Virus record (IMG/VR): IMGVR_UViG_3300043080_000590
Location: 322,386-379,029 of that record
Reading direction: 5' to 3' (one strand)
DNA length: 56,644 nucleotides
From: a virus
Taxonomy: Duplodnaviria; Heunggongvirae; Uroviricota; Caudoviricetes
The notes below the pieces were generated by a model, which ran no database searches, was not told the origin of the DNA, and saw nothing but the letters and a program-made list of their open reading frames with translations. Positions 1-10,693 of this stretch are shown piece by piece (within the stretch, counting starts at the first letter, position 1; every line of letters begins with the position of its first letter). The translations under genes were made by a program, and so were the position numbers.

Positions 1-118
1 ATGGGGATTGGTGCAACAGGAGTTGCTTGCAAAAATTTAAATAGAGATTTTATAGGCGTTGAATTAGATGAACATTATTTTAATATTGCCAAAGATAGGA
101 TAAATAAAGGGGAGTAAT

Positions 119-1330
119 ATGAAAAAAATTAAATTAACTGCAAATATTCTTTTTAGTGGTATTGGCTGTCAAGAATATGGATGGAGAAAGAGTAATTTAT
201 TTGATATAGAAGTATTAAATACTTCTGATATATACAAAGAAGCTGTATTATCTTATGCTGCTATACATTGTGATATGACTAATGAAATGGTAGATAGTTA
301 TGATTATCCAACAAAAGAAGAAATGATTGAACATTTAACTAAAATAAATTTAGGATATGATGCAGATAAAAATAAACCATTTAATTGGAATAAGGTAAAA
401 GATAATGATTTAAAGAAATATTACCTTGCTTGTAAATTAACAAATAATTTAGGTGATATTTCAAAAATTGAAGATTTACCTTATGCTGATTTTTGGACTA
501 TTTCTTTTCCTTGTCAATCAATTTCAATATGTGGAAAATTAAAAGGTTTTACAGAGGGTTCTAATACAAGAAGTAGTTTATTATGGGAAAATATAAGATT
601 ATTAAAAATTGCTAAAGAAAAGAATAAAACACCTAAGTATCTTATGTTCGAAAACGTAAAAAATTTACTTAGTAAAAGGTTTGAAAATGATTTTAAAGAT
701 TTAATTGATATATTAGACGATTTAGGTTTTAATATTTATTATAATGTATTAAACTCTAAATGTTGTGGAGTACCACAAAATAGAGAAAGAGTTTTTGTTA
801 TTTGCATTAGAAAAGATATTGATACTAAATTGTTTACATTTCCAAAACCATTTGATAATGGAATGAGATTAAAAGATGTTTTGGAAAATGAAGTTGATGA
901 AAAATATTACATAAGTGAAGCAGCACAGAAAAAATTAAAATTTATAACTACTAATGATAAAAACGATACATTTCAATTAAAACAAATAGCTCAAATGTAT
1001 GGTACAGATAAAGAACCTAATCCACAAGCAGGTAGAGTTTATAATGAGGATTATATTTGTCCTACTTTAGATACTTGCAGTGGAGGAAATAGAATGCCAA
1101 AAGTATATAGAGAACCAAGAGTAAGAAAACTTACGCCAAGAGAATGTTTTGCATTACAGGGGTTTACTTTTGAAGATTGTGATAAGGCAATAAATATAGG
1201 TATTGTTGATTCTCATTTATATAAACAAGCAGGTAATGGTATTACAACTAATTGCTGTGCTTTATTGGCAGAACATTTATATAAATCTCAATATGATAAT
1301 TCTTACATTTGCAGTGATGAAAAATATTAA
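119..1330 (+). CDS. C5-cytosine DNA methyltransferase
   Basis: FSGIG (motif I variant), FPCQ, FENV, PQNRERVF and YKQAGN motifs. Confidence 0.92.
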   Translation: MKKIKLTANILFSGIGCQEYGWRKSNLFDIEVLNTSDIYKEAVLSYAAIHCDMTNEMVDSYDYPTKEEMIEHLTKINLGYDADKNKPFNWNKVKDNDLKKYYLACKLTNNLGDISKIEDLPYADFWTISFPCQSISICGKLKGFTEGSNTRSSLLWENIRLLKIAKEKNKTPKYLMFENVKNLLSKRFENDFKDLIDILDDLGFNIYYNVLNSKCCGVPQNRERVFVICIRKDIDTKLFTFPKPFDNGMRLKDVLENEVDEKYYISEAAQKKLKFITTNDKNDTFQLKQIAQMYGTDKEPNPQAGRVYNEDYICPTLDTCSGGNRMPKVYREPRVRKLTPRECFALQGFTFEDCDKAINIGIVDSHLYKQAGNGITTNCCALLAEHLYKSQYDNSYICSDEKY

Positions 1331-1351
1331 AAATATAAGGAGTAAATAATT

Positions 1352-2190
1352 ATGAATAATTATATAAAGTCACCACTTAAATATACGGGTGGTAAATATA
1401 AGATTTTAAAAGATATAATTCCATTATTACCTCAAAACATAAATACCTTTGTAGATTTATTCGGGGGGGATATAACGTAGGTATTAATGTTAATGCAAAC
1501 AATTATATATACAATGATATAAACACTCCTGTTGTAGAATTGTTAGAGTTTTTAGCAAATAATACAACAGAAGATTCTCTTGATTATATAAACTCTTTAA
1601 TAAAGAAATATAAATTAACAATAGATAATAAAGATGGATATTTAAAATTAAGAGATTATTATAATAAAGAAAATCGTCATCCTATTATTCTTTTTACATT
1701 GATTTCTTTTGCTTTTAATTCACAAATAAGATTCAATAAAAAAGGTGAATATAATATAGCTTTTGGAATGAATAGGAGCTATTTTAATGAAACACAAAAG
1801 GAAAATTTTATTAAGTTTTGCAATGAACTACATAAACAAAATATAGCTTTTGATAACAAATCTTTTGAAGAATTTAATTTTGATGAACTAGAAAATGATA
1901 CATTTATATATTGTGACCCACCATATTTAGGTTCTGTCGCAACATATAATGAACGTGATGGTTGGACTGAACAATCCGAAGAACAATTATTAGATTTATT
2001 GGATGATTTAGATAATAAAGGCTTTCGTTGGGCATTATCAAACAATTTGAAATATGAAAATGAATTATTAAAAGAATGGAAAGATAAATATAATGTTCAC
2101 GATATTAATGTTAATTATAATAATTGTTCATATCATAAGAAAACTACTAATAAAACTAAAGATATGGAAGTATTAATAACTAACTATTAA
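1352..2190 (+). pseudogene. Dam-like (D12 class) adenine methyltransferase, frameshifted at a G7 tract
   Basis: ATG 1352 with RBS gives MNNYIKSPLKYTGGK...VDLFGG, then TAG 1478-1480. Adding one G to G7 (1463-1469) gives FGGGYNVG and joins the 1540..2190 frame containing CDPPY. Confidence 0.88.
1463..1469 (+). repeat. G7 homopolymer (candidate slippage tract)
   Basis: ttcGGGGGGGatat; G8 restores the frame. Confidence 0.8.
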
Positions 2191-2204
2191 AAGGAGTTAA
2201 GTGT

Positions 2205-3029
2205 ATGTATGAACCTGTTATAAAATGGTCGGGTAGTAAAAGAAGTCAAGCAGAAGAAATATTAAAGTATTTTCCTAAAGAAATAGATACATATTATGAA
2301 CCATTCTGCGGTGGAGCTTCTATGTTGAGGAGATTATTAGATGCAGATATAAAAGTAAATAAATATGTTTGTAGTGATTTAAATAAAGATTTAATAGATT
2401 TATTTAATTTAATAAAAACTCAACCATATCAAGTATCTGAACATTATAGAGAGTTATGGAATAAATTAAATATTGACGATGATAAAGAAAGAAAAAAGAA
2501 TTTCTTTAATGAAATAAGAGATAAATTAAATAAAGAACATAATCCATTAGATTTTATGTTTATTATGAGAACTACGACAAATGGTATGCCGAGATATAAT
2601 GCAAAGGGTGAATTTAATAATTCTTTTCATATAACAAGAGATGGAATAAATCCTGATACATTAAAAAATATTATTTATGAATGGAGTCATTTGTTAAATG
2701 ATAATAATGTTGAATTTATAAATTGTTCTTATGAAAAAATAAAGCCTAATAAAAATGATTTTCTTTATTTAGACCCACCATATTATAATACTAAAGGTAT
2801 GTATTATGGAAGAATTGATTATGATGAATTTTTTGATTATTTAAGAAATATACCTTGTAATTATATATTAAGTTTTGATGGTATAAGTGGAGATAAAAAT
2901 AGTACAGTAAGTATTCCTAATGATGTATATTCTAAACAAGAATACATAAAAAATGGTAATTCTTCGTTTAAAAGAGTTATTGGCAATTCAAAAGATAGTA
3001 TTGTTTATGAAAGTATTTATATTAAGTAA
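2205..3029 (+). CDS. Dam-like (D12 class) adenine methyltransferase
   Basis: KWSGSK, YEPFCGGAS, LDPPY. Confidence 0.9.
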   Translation: MYEPVIKWSGSKRSQAEEILKYFPKEIDTYYEPFCGGASMLRRLLDADIKVNKYVCSDLNKDLIDLFNLIKTQPYQVSEHYRELWNKLNIDDDKERKKNFFNEIRDKLNKEHNPLDFMFIMRTTTNGMPRYNAKGEFNNSFHITRDGINPDTLKNIIYEWSHLLNDNNVEFINCSYEKIKPNKNDFLYLDPPYYNTKGMYYGRIDYDEFFDYLRNIPCNYILSFDGISGDKNSTVSIPNDVYSKQEYIKNGNSSFKRVIGNSKDSIVYESIYIK

Positions 3030-3036
3030 GAACATT

Positions 3037-3061
3037 AGCACCTTTTAACAGGTGCTTTTTT
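3037..3061 (+). terminator. Intrinsic terminator
   Basis: AGCACC/GGTGCT stem followed by T run. Confidence 0.75.
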
Positions 3062-3062
3062 A

Positions 3063-3091
3063 TTGACAAAAAATAAAAAATATGGTATAAT
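3063..3091 (+). promoter_or_regulatory. Sigma-A-type promoter
   Basis: TTGACA-17 nt-TATAAT with extended TG. Confidence 0.85.
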
Positions 3092-3126
3092 ACAAATAAA
3101 AAGCACTATAAAGAGGAGGAATAAAA

Positions 3127-3624
3127 TTGGCAAAAAATGATTTTTATTTACCAGTAATTGATTCGTGGTATCACGGTGAATTTGATTATACTAATAATTG
3201 GGAAACTGCTTATGATATTGAATACAATAATTATGTATTAGCTAAATTCCCTAAAAACAATAAAAGACAACCAAAGGATAAATTGAGAAAAGATTTTTTT
3301 ACAAAGTTAGTATGTACTAATGAAAAAAGAGTACGTGATATTGTTGGAGGATTATTCGTTGAACAAGAAGTTGAATTTGAATATGCAAAAAAAGGAATAA
3401 GCTGTTTTGTAAATAGATTGGAATATCGCAAACAAAAAAGAACTATTATTGTTAATAAAAGATTTTTTATAGGTCATATTCCTTTTTCAAAAACTGCTTT
3501 AATAAAAAATAATAAAAACAATATTAAAGAAATAGAGATTTTTGATATAAAAGAAAAATATAAAAATCAAAAAGCAATAATAATTAAAATAGAATTTTTA
3601 GAAGGAGTAAAAATAGATGGCTAA
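3127..3624 (+). CDS. Hypothetical protein
   Basis: TTG start with AGAGGAGG RBS, downstream of consensus promoter, overlaps gyrA start. Confidence 0.7.
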   Translation: MAKNDFYLPVIDSWYHGEFDYTNNWETAYDIEYNNYVLAKFPKNNKRQPKDKLRKDFFTKLVCTNEKRVRDIVGGLFVEQEVEFEYAKKGISCFVNRLEYRKQKRTIIVNKRFFIGHIPFSKTALIKNNKNNIKEIEIFDIKEKYKNQKAIIIKIEFLEGVKIDG

Positions 3625-3973
3625 GAAAAAAGAAAAAAAAGTCGATATTGACAAAATGTTAGCCAATGAGGTAGTTTATGACGTACCTATAGCAAAAACA
3701 ATAAGGAACTCAACATTGAATTATGCTATGTCAGTTATTACAGATAGAGCTTTACCTGATGTAAGAGATGGTTGCAAACCTATACAAAGAAAAGTCTTGT
3801 ATGCAACTTATGTAAAGAAGATATTTCCTAATTCAAAGTTTACAAAAAATGCTGAAATCGTAGGTGAAGTAATAGGTAAGTACAGTCCTCACGGTGATAC
3901 GAGTACTTATGGAGCTTTAGTAAATTTAGCTCAACCTTGGAATACAAAATATCCATTAATAGATTTTCATGGT
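3617..3973 (+). CDS. gyrA: DNA gyrase/topoisomerase IV subunit A, exon 1
   Basis: DRALPDVRDGCKPIQRK, GKYSPHGD, YPLIDFHG. Confidence 0.9.
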
Positions 3974-4350
3974 AGACAATGATTTTTAATAAAAGATGTA
4001 ATTATATCTTGAAAAATTTGACTTAGTTAAAAATTATGCCGTTCTAACTGAAGCTGTCAGGTAGGTTAGAACTATGAGTGCGAAATGAAGCTGGGAGGGT
4101 TTAGTCATCCTAATCAGAAATTTTGAAGGCTATATTTAAAAGTATGGTCAAAGGCAACGCATAGAGAATGAACCTTAAATGCGAGTTTAAGAATATAATT
4201 TCTCCAAGAGGTCGCACTAACGGACAGTACAATAACAGAGCTTATTCGTGTTAAAAAGTTATGCTATACTGAATATGAATTGACATATTGATGAAAATGA
4301 GAGAAATCTCCAGAGATATAGATAAAAAGCTATATGATAAAAACAGATAG
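3974..4350 (+). mobile_element. Group I intron (377 nt, no ORF) in gyrA
   Basis: Exon ends in U and intron ends in G; removal gives HG|NSGNFDGDQYAAYRYTE; P3 GTGCGA/TCGCAC; P7 GCATA/TATGC. Confidence 0.88.
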
Positions 4351-6393
4351 AACTCAGGAAATTTTGATGGAGACCAATATGCTGCTTATAGATATACAGA
4401 AGGCAGATTACATAAAAATGCAATGGAATTATTAAGTGGTCTTGAAGAAAAATGTGTTCCATTTCACCCCAATTTTAGCGAAACAACAGAAGAACCAGAG
4501 GTATTACCTGGTTTATTACCTAATTTGCTTGTAAACGGCTCATACGGCATTGCAGTTGGCTATACAACCAATTTCCCGTCACACAACCTTTCAGAGGTTA
4601 TAGACGGTATTATAAAGGTTATACAGAACCCTGATGCTACATTAAAAGATATAATGAAATATATAAAAGCACCTGATTTTCCTTTAGGTAGTCTTTTAGT
4701 AGATGATGGTAATATTGAAAAATTATATACAGAAGGTAAGGCAAGTTTAACATTCTTATCTAAGTATACTATTGAAGAAAATTCTGAAAACAAGAATCCA
4801 CAAATAATTTTTCACGAAATACCACCTACTGTTAATAAGCCTAAACTTGTTGAAAAAATATATGAAGTCTGTATAGATAAAAAACAAGTACCGAGAGTTG
4901 TTGATATAAGAGATGAATCAAATGGCGAAGCAGGTATTAGAATTGTAGTTGAATTACATAAAACAGCAATAGTAGATATTGTTTTATCTGAATTATTTAA
5001 AAGAACAGACTTAAAGAAATCTAATTCATATATTTTAAGATGTATTGATGATAAAATACCAAAGGTTTTATCTTTAAAAGAAATAATTGAAAAGTACATT
5101 GAATTTCACAAAGAAGTATATATTAGTAAATATACTAATATGTTAGCTAAAGTAAACAAGAAACTTCATATTCAAGAGGGTTATAAAAAGATTTTAACTA
5201 ATATTGATAAAGCAATTGATATTATTAGAAAATCTGATGATGATAAGGTCGCTAAAGTTAAATTAAAAGATGAATTTGATTTAACGGATGAGCAGGCAGA
5301 AGTAATTCTTGATATGAAATTAAGAAATATTACTAAGTTAGCTTCTAAAGATATTGATACGACTATTCAAGAGTATAAAGATAAAATTGCTACTTATACA
5401 GATATTATTTCAAATGATAATTCTTTAAATAATGTTTTAATAAATGATTTAAAAGATTTAAAGAAACGCCTTGGTGATAACAGAAAAACAGAAATAGTCC
5501 ATGATGTTGCTACTCAAATAGTTCAGAGTGTTGAAAAAGATGTAATGTTAGTCTTAACTAATAAGAATAATATCAAACATTATGAAGTAGATACTTATGA
5601 AGAAATGATATTAAAAGGTTATAAGGAGAAATCTGAAATATTCTTACAGTCTGTTAAAATAAATACTAATGATAAAGTATTATTGATTTTAAATAATTGT
5701 AAATATATTTGTTTAGAATTTAACGATTTATTAGGTAATATAAGTTCATTAATAGATAAGCAGACAATTAAAACCATTATTCCTTTAACAGAGAATAATA
5801 TGAAAAAAATTATCTTTGTTATGACGAAGAAAGGCTTAATTAAAAAATGCTTTGTTGAAAAGATTAAATATAAGAAGAAGTCAGCTCCTCTTATGGAAAT
5901 TGACGAAGAAGATAATGTAATAAAGGTTGATTTAATAGATAATAATGAAAATAATGTTATTACTGTTGCTTCACAAGATGGTTTAATACATAGATTCTTT
6001 GTTAATTCATTTAAAGAAACATCAGCAGGCGGTAAAGGATTAAGTAGTATGTCATTACAAGATAGTAATATAGTTGATTTTATTATTTCTGATAAAAGTA
6101 ATGATGAGAATAATCAATTAATTATTTATGCTATAAATGAAAATAATTATATGATTAAGAAAATACCTTTAAAAGAGTTTTTAGTTAAAGGTAGGATAGC
6201 AAAAGGCGTTAAATCTATAAACTTTACTACAAAAAGTCCTGGCGAGATATATAAAATATTTATTACTGATAAAGATTTTTCAATCATAAATAATAAGGGG
6301 ATATTACAAGAAATAAAATTAAATAGTATAAAAGAAAACACTAAAGCAACCAAGGGTGAAAATATAGATTATGATGTTTTATATATAAAATAA
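4351..6393 (+). CDS. gyrA: DNA gyrase/topoisomerase IV subunit A, exon 2 (spliced product about 799 aa)
   Basis: AAYRYTE with catalytic Tyr, PNLLVNGSYGIAVG, APDFP, C-terminal pinwheel-like repeats. Confidence 0.9.
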   Translation, partial: NSGNFDGDQYAAYRYTEGRLHKNAMELLSGLEEKCVPFHPNFSETTEEPEVLPGLLPNLLVNGSYGIAVGYTTNFPSHNLSEVIDGIIKVIQNPDATLKDIMKYIKAPDFPLGSLLVDDGNIEKLYTEGKASLTFLSKYTIEENSENKNPQIIFHEIPPTVNKPKLVEKIYEVCIDKKQVPRVVDIRDESNGEAGIRIVVELHKTAIVDIVLSELFKRTDLKKSNSYILRCIDDKIPKVLSLKEIIEKYIEFHKEVYISKYTNMLAKVNKKLHIQEGYKKILTNIDKAIDIIRKSDDDKVAKVKLKDEFDLTDEQAEVILDMKLRNITKLASKDIDTTIQEYKDKIATYTDIISNDNSLNNVLINDLKDLKKRLGDNRKTEIVHDVATQIVQSVEKDVMLVLTNKNNIKHYEVDTYEEMILKGYKEKSEIFLQSVKINTNDKVLLILNNCKYICLEFNDLLGNISSLIDKQTIKTIIPLTENNMKKIIFVMTKKGLIKKCFVEKIKYKKKSAPLMEIDEEDNVIKVDLIDNNENNVITVASQDGLIHRFFVNSFKETSAGGKGLSSMSLQDSNIVDFIISDKSNDENNQLIIYAINENNYMIKKIPLKEFLVKGRIAKGVKSINFTTKSPGEIYKIFITDKDFSIINNKGILQEIKLNSIKENTKATKGENIDYDVLYIK

Positions 6394-6467
6394 TTATCTA
6401 AGAGAAAAGTTTAACCGCTTTTCTCTTTTTTATTATGTTATAAGAAAAACATAGGAGATGGGTAGTT

Positions 6468-7478
6468 TTGGGATATGTATATCGCTATACAGACTTAGAA
6501 GATAATATAATCAAATACGTGGGGATTGTATGGTCTGAAAATAGAAGCTTATATCAAAGAATAAAAGAACATAACAATGAAAAATGGTGCGTTGGTAAAA
6601 AATGGAAAATAGAGTATCTTGAAGAAGGAATAAAAACAAGAACAGATGCTGAATATATGGAAGCTCATTATATTTCTTTATATAAAACTTATGAATATTT
6701 CAATATTAAAAAAGCAAATTGGGGAATTAGTAGTTTTATCCCAATTAGAGATGACTGGCAGTTATATGATTTTAAGAAACAAGAAGAAATAATAACTTTA
6801 AAACAAACAAATATAATTTTGCAAAAGAAATTAGAACAATTAACAAAAGAGAATAATACATTAAAAAATACATTTGATTTAAATATGAAATTGATGAAAG
6901 AATTAGAGGAATTAAAAAGAGAAAATACTTGTTTGAAATTAAAAGAAAATCAAATAAAAGAAGTTATACAAGAACCAACAACTCAACAGGATTATACGTT
7001 TACAAAGTATAAGGAAAAAGGATATGTTCCTGACTTTATTTTAAATAAAACTTTTTATAAAAATATTTCTAAAAAGAATAAAAGTAATAATAACACAAAG
7101 AAAGATTACAACAATCCTAATGGATATTTTTATAAGAAAAAATCAAAGTTCAACAATAGCGTTTCCATACCATGTAAGTTGCTTTTGTATATAAATGGAA
7201 AAAAGAAAGAATATATGATTTTCGATTCTTTAAAAAAGTGTGCTGAATTTTGTGGACTTCATAGTTATGATGTTGTAAAATCAATGGAGTATCAAGAATA
7301 TAGAACATTTTTTTATTGGAAAGAAAGTGAAAATTATTCTTACTTTGAACCATTATTTCCTAGAGAAGAAAAGTTTTTAGAAAATTATGAAGTATTAATT
7401 AGGGTAAGTGGTATAACTCCATTAACGCAAAGTGGAAAGGAATATTTTGAAAACAAATATTATAAACGATGTTATTAA
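6468..7478 (+). CDS. GIY-YIG-like nuclease domain protein with coiled coil
   Basis: N-terminal GYVYRY...KYVG...QRIKEH and a later conserved E. Confidence 0.6.
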   Translation: MGYVYRYTDLEDNIIKYVGIVWSENRSLYQRIKEHNNEKWCVGKKWKIEYLEEGIKTRTDAEYMEAHYISLYKTYEYFNIKKANWGISSFIPIRDDWQLYDFKKQEEIITLKQTNIILQKKLEQLTKENNTLKNTFDLNMKLMKELEELKRENTCLKLKENQIKEVIQEPTTQQDYTFTKYKEKGYVPDFILNKTFYKNISKKNKSNNNTKKDYNNPNGYFYKKKSKFNNSVSIPCKLLLYINGKKKEYMIFDSLKKCAEFCGLHSYDVVKSMEYQEYRTFFYWKESENYSYFEPLFPREEKFLENYEVLIRVSGITPLTQSGKEYFENKYYKRCY

Positions 7479-7564
7479 TATTTTTTAGACTCACGAATTA
7501 AGATTTTGTGAGCCTTTTTATTATATAAGCAACATTTTATATATATTTTTTCATAAGAAGGAAG

Positions 7565-8575
7565 GTGTTATTTGTTATGATAGAAAAATATAAAACAATT
7601 GATGATATTTTAAATAATTGTCCTAAGAATCAAACCATTTTAGATAATTATATAAGAGCATATTCAATTATAAACAATCCTAATTATAAAAATATTGTTT
7701 GTTCTATATCAGGTGGTAGTGACAGCGATATTGTTTTAGATATTTGTTATAGATGTGATATAGATAATAAAATAACTTATGTGTGGTTTGATACTGGGCT
7801 AGAATATCAAGCGACAAAAGACCATTTTAAATATTTAGAAGATAAATATAATATAGAAATAAAAATTCATAAACCTAAAAAATCTATTCCACTTGCTTGT
7901 AAAAAATACGGACAACCATTTATAAGCAAACAAGTTAGTGAATATATGCAGAGATTGCAAAAACACGGATTTAAATGGGAAGATAAATCATTTGATGAAT
8001 TATATGAAGAATATCCAAATTGTAAAATGGCACTAATGTGGTGGTGCAATATGAAACAATATAAATCATTCAACATTTCTTGGAATAAATATTTAAAAGA
8101 ATTTTTAATAGAAAATCCACCAACATTTCAAATATCAAATCTTTGTTGTACTCACGCTAAGAAAAATGTAATTCATAAATTAATAAAGGATTTAAATTAT
8201 GATTTAAGTATTATAGGTGTAAGAAAAGCAGAAGGTGGAGCGAGAGCTGTTGCATATAAAAATTGTTTTGATGAAAATCCTGATGGTTGTGATAACTACC
8301 GACCTGTATTTTGGTATACCAATAAAGATAAAGAAGAATACAATGATTTTTTTGAAATTACACTTAGTGATTGTTATTTGAAATATGGATTACGAAGAAC
8401 AGGTTGTTGTGGTTGTAGTTATGCAAAAGATTTTGAAGCTGAATTAGAAATAATTCAAAAATATGAACCTAAACTATATAAAGCTGTAAATAATATCTTT
8501 AAAGACGCTTATGATTATACAAGAAAATATAAAGAGTTTGTAAAGAAGAAAAATGAAGAAAATGAGAAAGAATAA
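7565..8575 (+). CDS. PAPS reductase family (PP-loop) protein
   Basis: SISGGSDSD, DTGLE, GVRKAEG, RTGCCGC. Confidence 0.85.
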   Translation: MLFVMIEKYKTIDDILNNCPKNQTILDNYIRAYSIINNPNYKNIVCSISGGSDSDIVLDICYRCDIDNKITYVWFDTGLEYQATKDHFKYLEDKYNIEIKIHKPKKSIPLACKKYGQPFISKQVSEYMQRLQKHGFKWEDKSFDELYEEYPNCKMALMWWCNMKQYKSFNISWNKYLKEFLIENPPTFQISNLCCTHAKKNVIHKLIKDLNYDLSIIGVRKAEGGARAVAYKNCFDENPDGCDNYRPVFWYTNKDKEEYNDFFEITLSDCYLKYGLRRTGCCGCSYAKDFEAELEIIQKYEPKLYKAVNNIFKDAYDYTRKYKEFVKKKNEENEKE

Positions 8576-8624
8576 AATTTTTAAGATATAAAAAATATAA
8601 AAAAGAAAGGTGGTATACATAAAA

Positions 8625-9125
8625 ATGATTATAAATAGAGTTTGGTCAATGCCTAACAGCAAAACTTTTTCAATAAAGCCTATTAAAGAGATTATAGATA
8701 AATACGCATTTGGTAAAATTATAGACCCTTTCGCTAATGATAGTAAAATTGCAACTATTACTAATGATTTAGATATATCTCACGATACTGATTATCATTT
8801 AGATGCTACTGATTTTTTAAAGATATTTGAAGATAATTCTATTGATACAGTATTATATGACACACCTTATTCTCCACGGCAGGTTTCTGAATGTTATAAA
8901 AAATTAGGACAAACAGTAAATATGCAAACAACACAAGCTTCTTACTGGTCACTTCAAAAAGAGCAAATAGGAAGAATAGTAAAACAAAATGGTATAGTGA
9001 TAACTTGTTGTTGGAACTCTGGCGGCATTGGTAAAAAATATGGTTTTGAAATAGAAGAAATTTTGTTAGTACCACATGGCGGTTGGCATAATGATACGAT
9101 TGTAACAGTAGAAAGGAAAAAGTAG
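8625..9125 (+). CDS. Small phage-type adenine methyltransferase
   Basis: IIDPFAN, LYDTPYS (DPPY variant); ATG 8625 preferred over the track's GTG 8610. Confidence 0.75.
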   Translation: MIINRVWSMPNSKTFSIKPIKEIIDKYAFGKIIDPFANDSKIATITNDLDISHDTDYHLDATDFLKIFEDNSIDTVLYDTPYSPRQVSECYKKLGQTVNMQTTQASYWSLQKEQIGRIVKQNGIVITCCWNSGGIGKKYGFEIEEILLVPHGGWHNDTIVTVERKK

Positions 9126-9134
9126 AGGTAATAT

Positions 9135-9926
9135 ATGGCTAAGATAGAGAACGATAAATATTATACACCTGATGATTTAGCAAAATACTGTGTAGAAAAA
9201 GCAAATGAAATAATAGGTGTTGATAATATAATTAGTTATATAGAACCGTCAGCAGGTGCAGGAGCGTTTATTAAATATTTTAATAAAGATTATTTAGCAA
9301 TAGATATTCTTCCTGAACACGAAAGAGTTATTGAACAAGATTTTTTAATTTTAAATTTTTCTTACAAGAAAGGTAGAATGATAATAGGCAATCCTCCGTA
9401 TGGTAGAAATATGTCTTTAGCTCAAAAATTCTATAAGAAATCAATAGAGCTTGCAGATTATATAGCCTTTATATTACCTATTTCACAATTAAACAATACT
9501 AATTCTTTATATGAATTTGATTTGATTTATAGTGAGGATTTGGGAATAAGAACATATTCAAATATTGATTTACATTGTTGCTTTAATGTTTACAAAAGAC
9601 CTGAAAATGGTTTAAATAAAAAGAAAAGTAGTAAATTAAAAGATATAACTATTTATAGACAAGATAAAAAAGGTTATGAAGATTTAGATTTCGATATAAG
9701 AATGTGTTATTGGGGAAATGGTTGTGCAGGTAAGATACTAAAAGATAACGAACATTATTCTGCGGAGTATAAAATAAAAATAAATAATGATAAATTAAAA
9801 AAAGAAATAATAAATACTTTAAGTAATTTTGATTGGAAAAGTTATTTAAATTGTATTGCTGCGAGAAAGATACAGCAGTTTCATATTATAGATGTTTTAA
9901 AAAATAATATACCTGAAATAAAATAA
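9135..9926 (+). CDS. N6-adenine DNA methyltransferase (gamma-type motif order)
   Basis: IEPSAGAGAF followed by GNPPY. Confidence 0.85.
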   Translation: MAKIENDKYYTPDDLAKYCVEKANEIIGVDNIISYIEPSAGAGAFIKYFNKDYLAIDILPEHERVIEQDFLILNFSYKKGRMIIGNPPYGRNMSLAQKFYKKSIELADYIAFILPISQLNNTNSLYEFDLIYSEDLGIRTYSNIDLHCCFNVYKRPENGLNKKKSSKLKDITIYRQDKKGYEDLDFDIRMCYWGNGCAGKILKDNEHYSAEYKIKINNDKLKKEIINTLSNFDWKSYLNCIAARKIQQFHIIDVLKNNIPEIK

Positions 9927-9947
9927 GAGGCTTAAATGCCTCTTTTT
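9925..9947 (+). terminator. Intrinsic terminator
   Basis: AAGAGGC/GCCTCTT stem plus T run. Confidence 0.75.
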
Positions 9948-9984
9948 ATATGTAAGTTTTTAAATGTTAATGCTTAACAATTGT

Positions 9985-10211
9985 TGTTATTTTTTAATAC
10001 AGTAATATTGATACAAAAGTACTGTATGCCTACAATCACAAGTTGTAACCATTTACTTTCAAATATATTAACATCAATACCTTCTTTTATCCAAGTTATG
10101 TATTCTTTTAAAGTATTTACTTTCCAATATGTTAGTATCAATACTATTTTTGAATATCATAAATCGATTTGTAATAAGAATATTTACTTTCCAATATGTT
10201 AGTATCAATAC
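9985..10211 (-). CRISPR. CRISPR mini-array B: 3 clear and 1 degenerate 30-nt repeats, 3 spacers (37, 34, 36 nt)
   Basis: Repeat GTATTGATACTAACATATTGGAAAGTAAAT at 10182-10211 and 10115-10144; variant at 10051-10080; degenerate copy at 9985-10014 (19/30), leader-distal. Confidence 0.88.
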
Positions 10212-10452
10212 CCGTTTAGTATACAGTAGTATATTTTATTGATATTTCAAGTATCAAATCTGTCTACCTCCATTGAAAAGTTATTTTCAAACATTATTTT
10301 TTATTCATCATTTACTTTATTCTCACAAAAACATAAGTAAATAAAGTGTTTTCAAACTTTCTGTCTATCTCTTAGTAATTTTACATTATTATACATCGAC
10401 AGAATTTAAAAAACTAAAAAATAAAAAGTATTTATACTATAATATTGAATTT
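10212..10452 (-). promoter_or_regulatory. CRISPR leader, homologous to 32071-32309
   Basis: Collinear inverted copy of the region upstream of array A. Confidence 0.8.
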
Positions 10453-10586
10453 GGTGAGTGGTGGGCTTCTTAGGTCAAAGCGGTGCAAGTCTTAAAGTTC
10501 TATCGCAAGTATTGAACGATATGTGAAGTGAACTACCCTCACCTTTCGGACGGTAAATCGCCCGAAGTCACCAACTAAAGGTGCTT
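10453..10586 (-). ncRNA. Structured ncRNA copy B (tracrRNA-like)
   Basis: GC-rich multi-stem element with compensatory changes versus copy A; contains anti-repeat-like segments. Confidence 0.75.
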
Positions 10587-10618
10587 ATAAAAAATAGCTC
10601 TTAAAAACTTACAATATT

Positions 10619-10647
10619 ATAATAACATATTATTTTCTGTTTGTCAA
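10619..10647 (-). promoter_or_regulatory. Sigma-A-type promoter driving ncRNA B and array B
   Basis: TTGACA-17-TATTAT(AAT), same architecture as 31855-31883. Confidence 0.8.
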
Positions 10648-10693
10648 GTATTTTTTATTAGAAAAATAAATTTTAAGAAATGAGTGTGATTTA

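Noticed and set aside
7565-8575. Complete Dnd/Ssp phosphorothioation system
   Set aside because: No cysteine desulfurase, DndD/E or SspB/C homolog is visible in the window.
9981-10202. ORF-track protein over array B (also 32229..32471 and 32443..32634 over array A)
   Set aside because: Translations of CRISPR repeats and spacers; repetitive peptides, no RBS.
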